Below are positions 63,600-64,000 of a stretch of 64,000 bases of DNA, piece by piece. The position numbers and the translations under genes are program-made. Under the pieces are notes generated by a model. That model was not told the origin of the DNA, ran no database searches, and saw only the letters and a program-made list of their open reading frames with translations. Position 1 is the stretch's first letter; every line of letters starts with the position of its first letter. This DNA is from Tubulanus polymorphus (Eukaryota > Animalia > Nemertea): the NCBI RefSeq assembly GCF_964204645.1, contig NC_134026.1:5479950-5543949 (forward strand), written 5' to 3'.

Positions 63600-64000
63600 A
63601 TAGCCTTAAACGTTTAACCGCGCCACGATTAAACGCCGAAAATCAACGAGTAAATGATATTTAATTGGATAAACCCACGAATAATACAAATATTTGATAT
63701 ATATTGTTTCAGGTGAATATCGTTCATTAATCGTTAAAACGTTTGTTATTGAATAGAGCTAATTTGAAGTTGCCAATGCCAGTAATTAAGAAGCGTCGTC
63801 GTTAATGTTTGAAGTCGAAGAAATTTTAGTCTGTTCACTTACCGTTAACCTCTCCGGCATTCGGTATTTTATTGACATAATTTTTGATTAGTGATGAAAA
63901 AATGTTAAGGAATTGTTTTAATTGTGTCTATTCAGCTAAATGAAGTAATGGAAAATGGCTTCTAGAATACATTCAAGCCAACAAAGGTAAACAAGTTTAA

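Noticed and set aside
63935-63990. Possible first coding exon MASRIHSSQQ|gt of a next gene
   Set aside because: Too short to identify and truncated by the window edge.

Overview
Gene-dense, intron-rich animal genomic DNA (AT-rich, short GT-AG introns; an invertebrate, probably a lophotrochozoan, which is inference). Nine spliced protein-coding genes could be reconstructed by hand: vasa/DDX4 (-, 3' part outside the window), WDR83/MORG1 (-), mago nashi (+), a greatly extended CCDC17-like gene (+), DMAP1 (-), a MuSK/Nrk-family receptor tyrosine kinase (+), PSMG3 (-, absent from the ORF track), UMP-CMP kinase CMPK1 (+) and a divergent MCCC2-like carboxyltransferase (-). Introns and intergenic DNA hold many MITEs (Harbinger-like, Tigger/pogo-like, 9-bp-TSD family) and a full-length tRNA-derived SINE. 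The most striking element (36289-36445) joins a tRNA-like Pol III head to a Penelope-type minimal hammerhead ribozyme; a decayed inverted hammerhead pair lies at ~6740-6950. Other leads: a possible Ig-less MuSK isoform from an internal first exon, a degenerate MuSK activation loop and NPxY motif, an 8-nt vasa 5'UTR microexon that would create a uORF, a non-AUG N-terminal extension of CMPK1 and a GC-AG intron in WDR83. Homologies are recognised from memory; no database searches were run.
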